A stretch of DNA of 51,243 nucleotides. It comes from Catajapyx aquilonaris. Taxonomy: Eukaryota. Positions 50,184 through 51,243 of this stretch are shown here, piece after piece. The stretch spans positions 1-51,243 of the forward strand of contig JYFJ02002772.1 in assembly GCA_000934665.2 (NCBI GenBank), read 5' to 3'. The translations under genes and the position numbers were made by a program. The stretch's first letter is position 1. Each line of letters begins with the position of its first letter. Under the pieces are notes generated by a model. The model worked only from the letters and a program-made list of their open reading frames with translations. It was not told the origin of the DNA and did no database searches.

Positions 50184-50672
50184 CAGGGGTATTCAACTAG
50201 TTTCTGACAAGGTCCAGTATTTACCTTTCCTGGGCCATTGAAGGTCCGGACCCCCCCCCCCCCTCCAAGGGGGGGGATATATAGATTTTAATATGGTACC
50301 ACAGGGTTCATATTCGAAAATATAAACATGTGCAGCAAGGGTAGAAGGGGATATTAAGACATTTTGGCCCCTTATGATGTCCTGTACAGGGGCGTAGGCA
50401 GAAGAATTTCGGAGGGGGGCCCATTTTGTAAGCACAAGGTGAACAAGCCGTAAAGGGCGGGGAACGAGCCCACCAGGCGAAATTTTTTGGGGGTTCAAGG
50501 TCACACTAGCTTAGGTGAGATGTGGAAGATTTGAATAGGGCTGTATTTGATGAAATTGGAGCACTTTTTCCAAAAAAAATCATGAATTAGTAATTTATCA
50601 TGCTATTTCAAACTTTCCTGTATATTGTCGCGGTCCGGATCCGAACCGCGGTCCGCCAGTTGAATATCCCTG
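50184..50672. mobile_element. hAT-superfamily MITE (489 bp) with perfect 8-bp TSD
   Basis: TIRs CAGGGGTATTCAACT / AGTTGAATATCCCTG, flanked on both sides by CCCTATTT (50176-50183 and 50673-50680). A GC-rich subterminal palindrome cgcggtccggatccgaaccgcg is present. Confidence 0.9.
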
Positions 50673-51243
50673 CCCTATTTGAAGGGGCTTTGCCCTATGT
50701 AACTCGCGTTGCAAAATTATACATTGTGTTCCAAGTATTAGGGTCCTTTAGTTTATCACAAATTTCGCCCGAACATATTACTTTTGTGTAGCGTGTTGCA
50801 CCCCAACTGAGATGCCCAATTACGTAGAAGCTGCTATACACTACACAGGGATGTCATTGTATTGAGTGACTTCACTGCATTTGTGTGCACAACCGCAGCT
50901 GGGGTCACCTCCCCAAAATAGTTCCAAAGCAGGAAGGCTATAAATCATTGTATCAACTTTGATCCTTCCTTGCCTATCACACACTAACCTAGTTATAATG
51001 TAAATAGCAAGGCACTGTACCCACTAGCACTTCATTGGGTGTATTGTTTTCAGCCTATGGTGAAAACTGCATCACTGGCTGTGTTCAAAATCTCCATTCT
51101 TTGTTGAGGAGAGCAGCATTGCAAGAGTTCATTTCCGTCATAACAAATAACCCACTAGAGACCCATTACTTAAACAGTTTCTGCTTTACAATATTTTTCC
51201 TTTATAGGCAAGACATTTACCTACATGCAGGGGCGGATGGGGG

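Overview
Eukaryotic (invertebrate animal, probably protostome) genomic DNA, mostly non-coding. There is one convincing protein-coding region, 17905-19569 (+). It is an uninterrupted 554-aa ORF of the hamlet/EGL-43/MECOM(EVI1)/PRDM16 family, with two CtBP-type PxDLS/R motifs, a His-rich tract and only the C-terminal three C2H2 fingers. No PR/SET domain or N-terminal finger cluster is visible in the window. It is preceded by a strong splice acceptor and a 21-codon uORF whose stop overlaps the start (ATGA). The rest resembles a developmental-gene desert with homeodomain-motif clusters and many non-autonomous transposons: a 316-bp Helitron, Tc1/mariner MITEs, a hAT MITE with a perfect 8-bp TSD, and two adjacent Sola-like elements sharing AAAT target duplications. 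Also present are a ~490-bp-arm inverted repeat, a decayed tRNA-Ala(TGC), three tRNA-like (SINE-type) heads, an AT-rich minisatellite and probable decayed LINE fragments. The last ~5 kb is strongly CpG-depleted. I found no CRISPR array, no prokaryotic features and nothing I can honestly call a new biological system. The best leads are the PR-less intronless hamlet-like gene with its ATGA uORF, the long foldback repeat beside tandem tRNA-like units, and the tandem same-site TIR elements.
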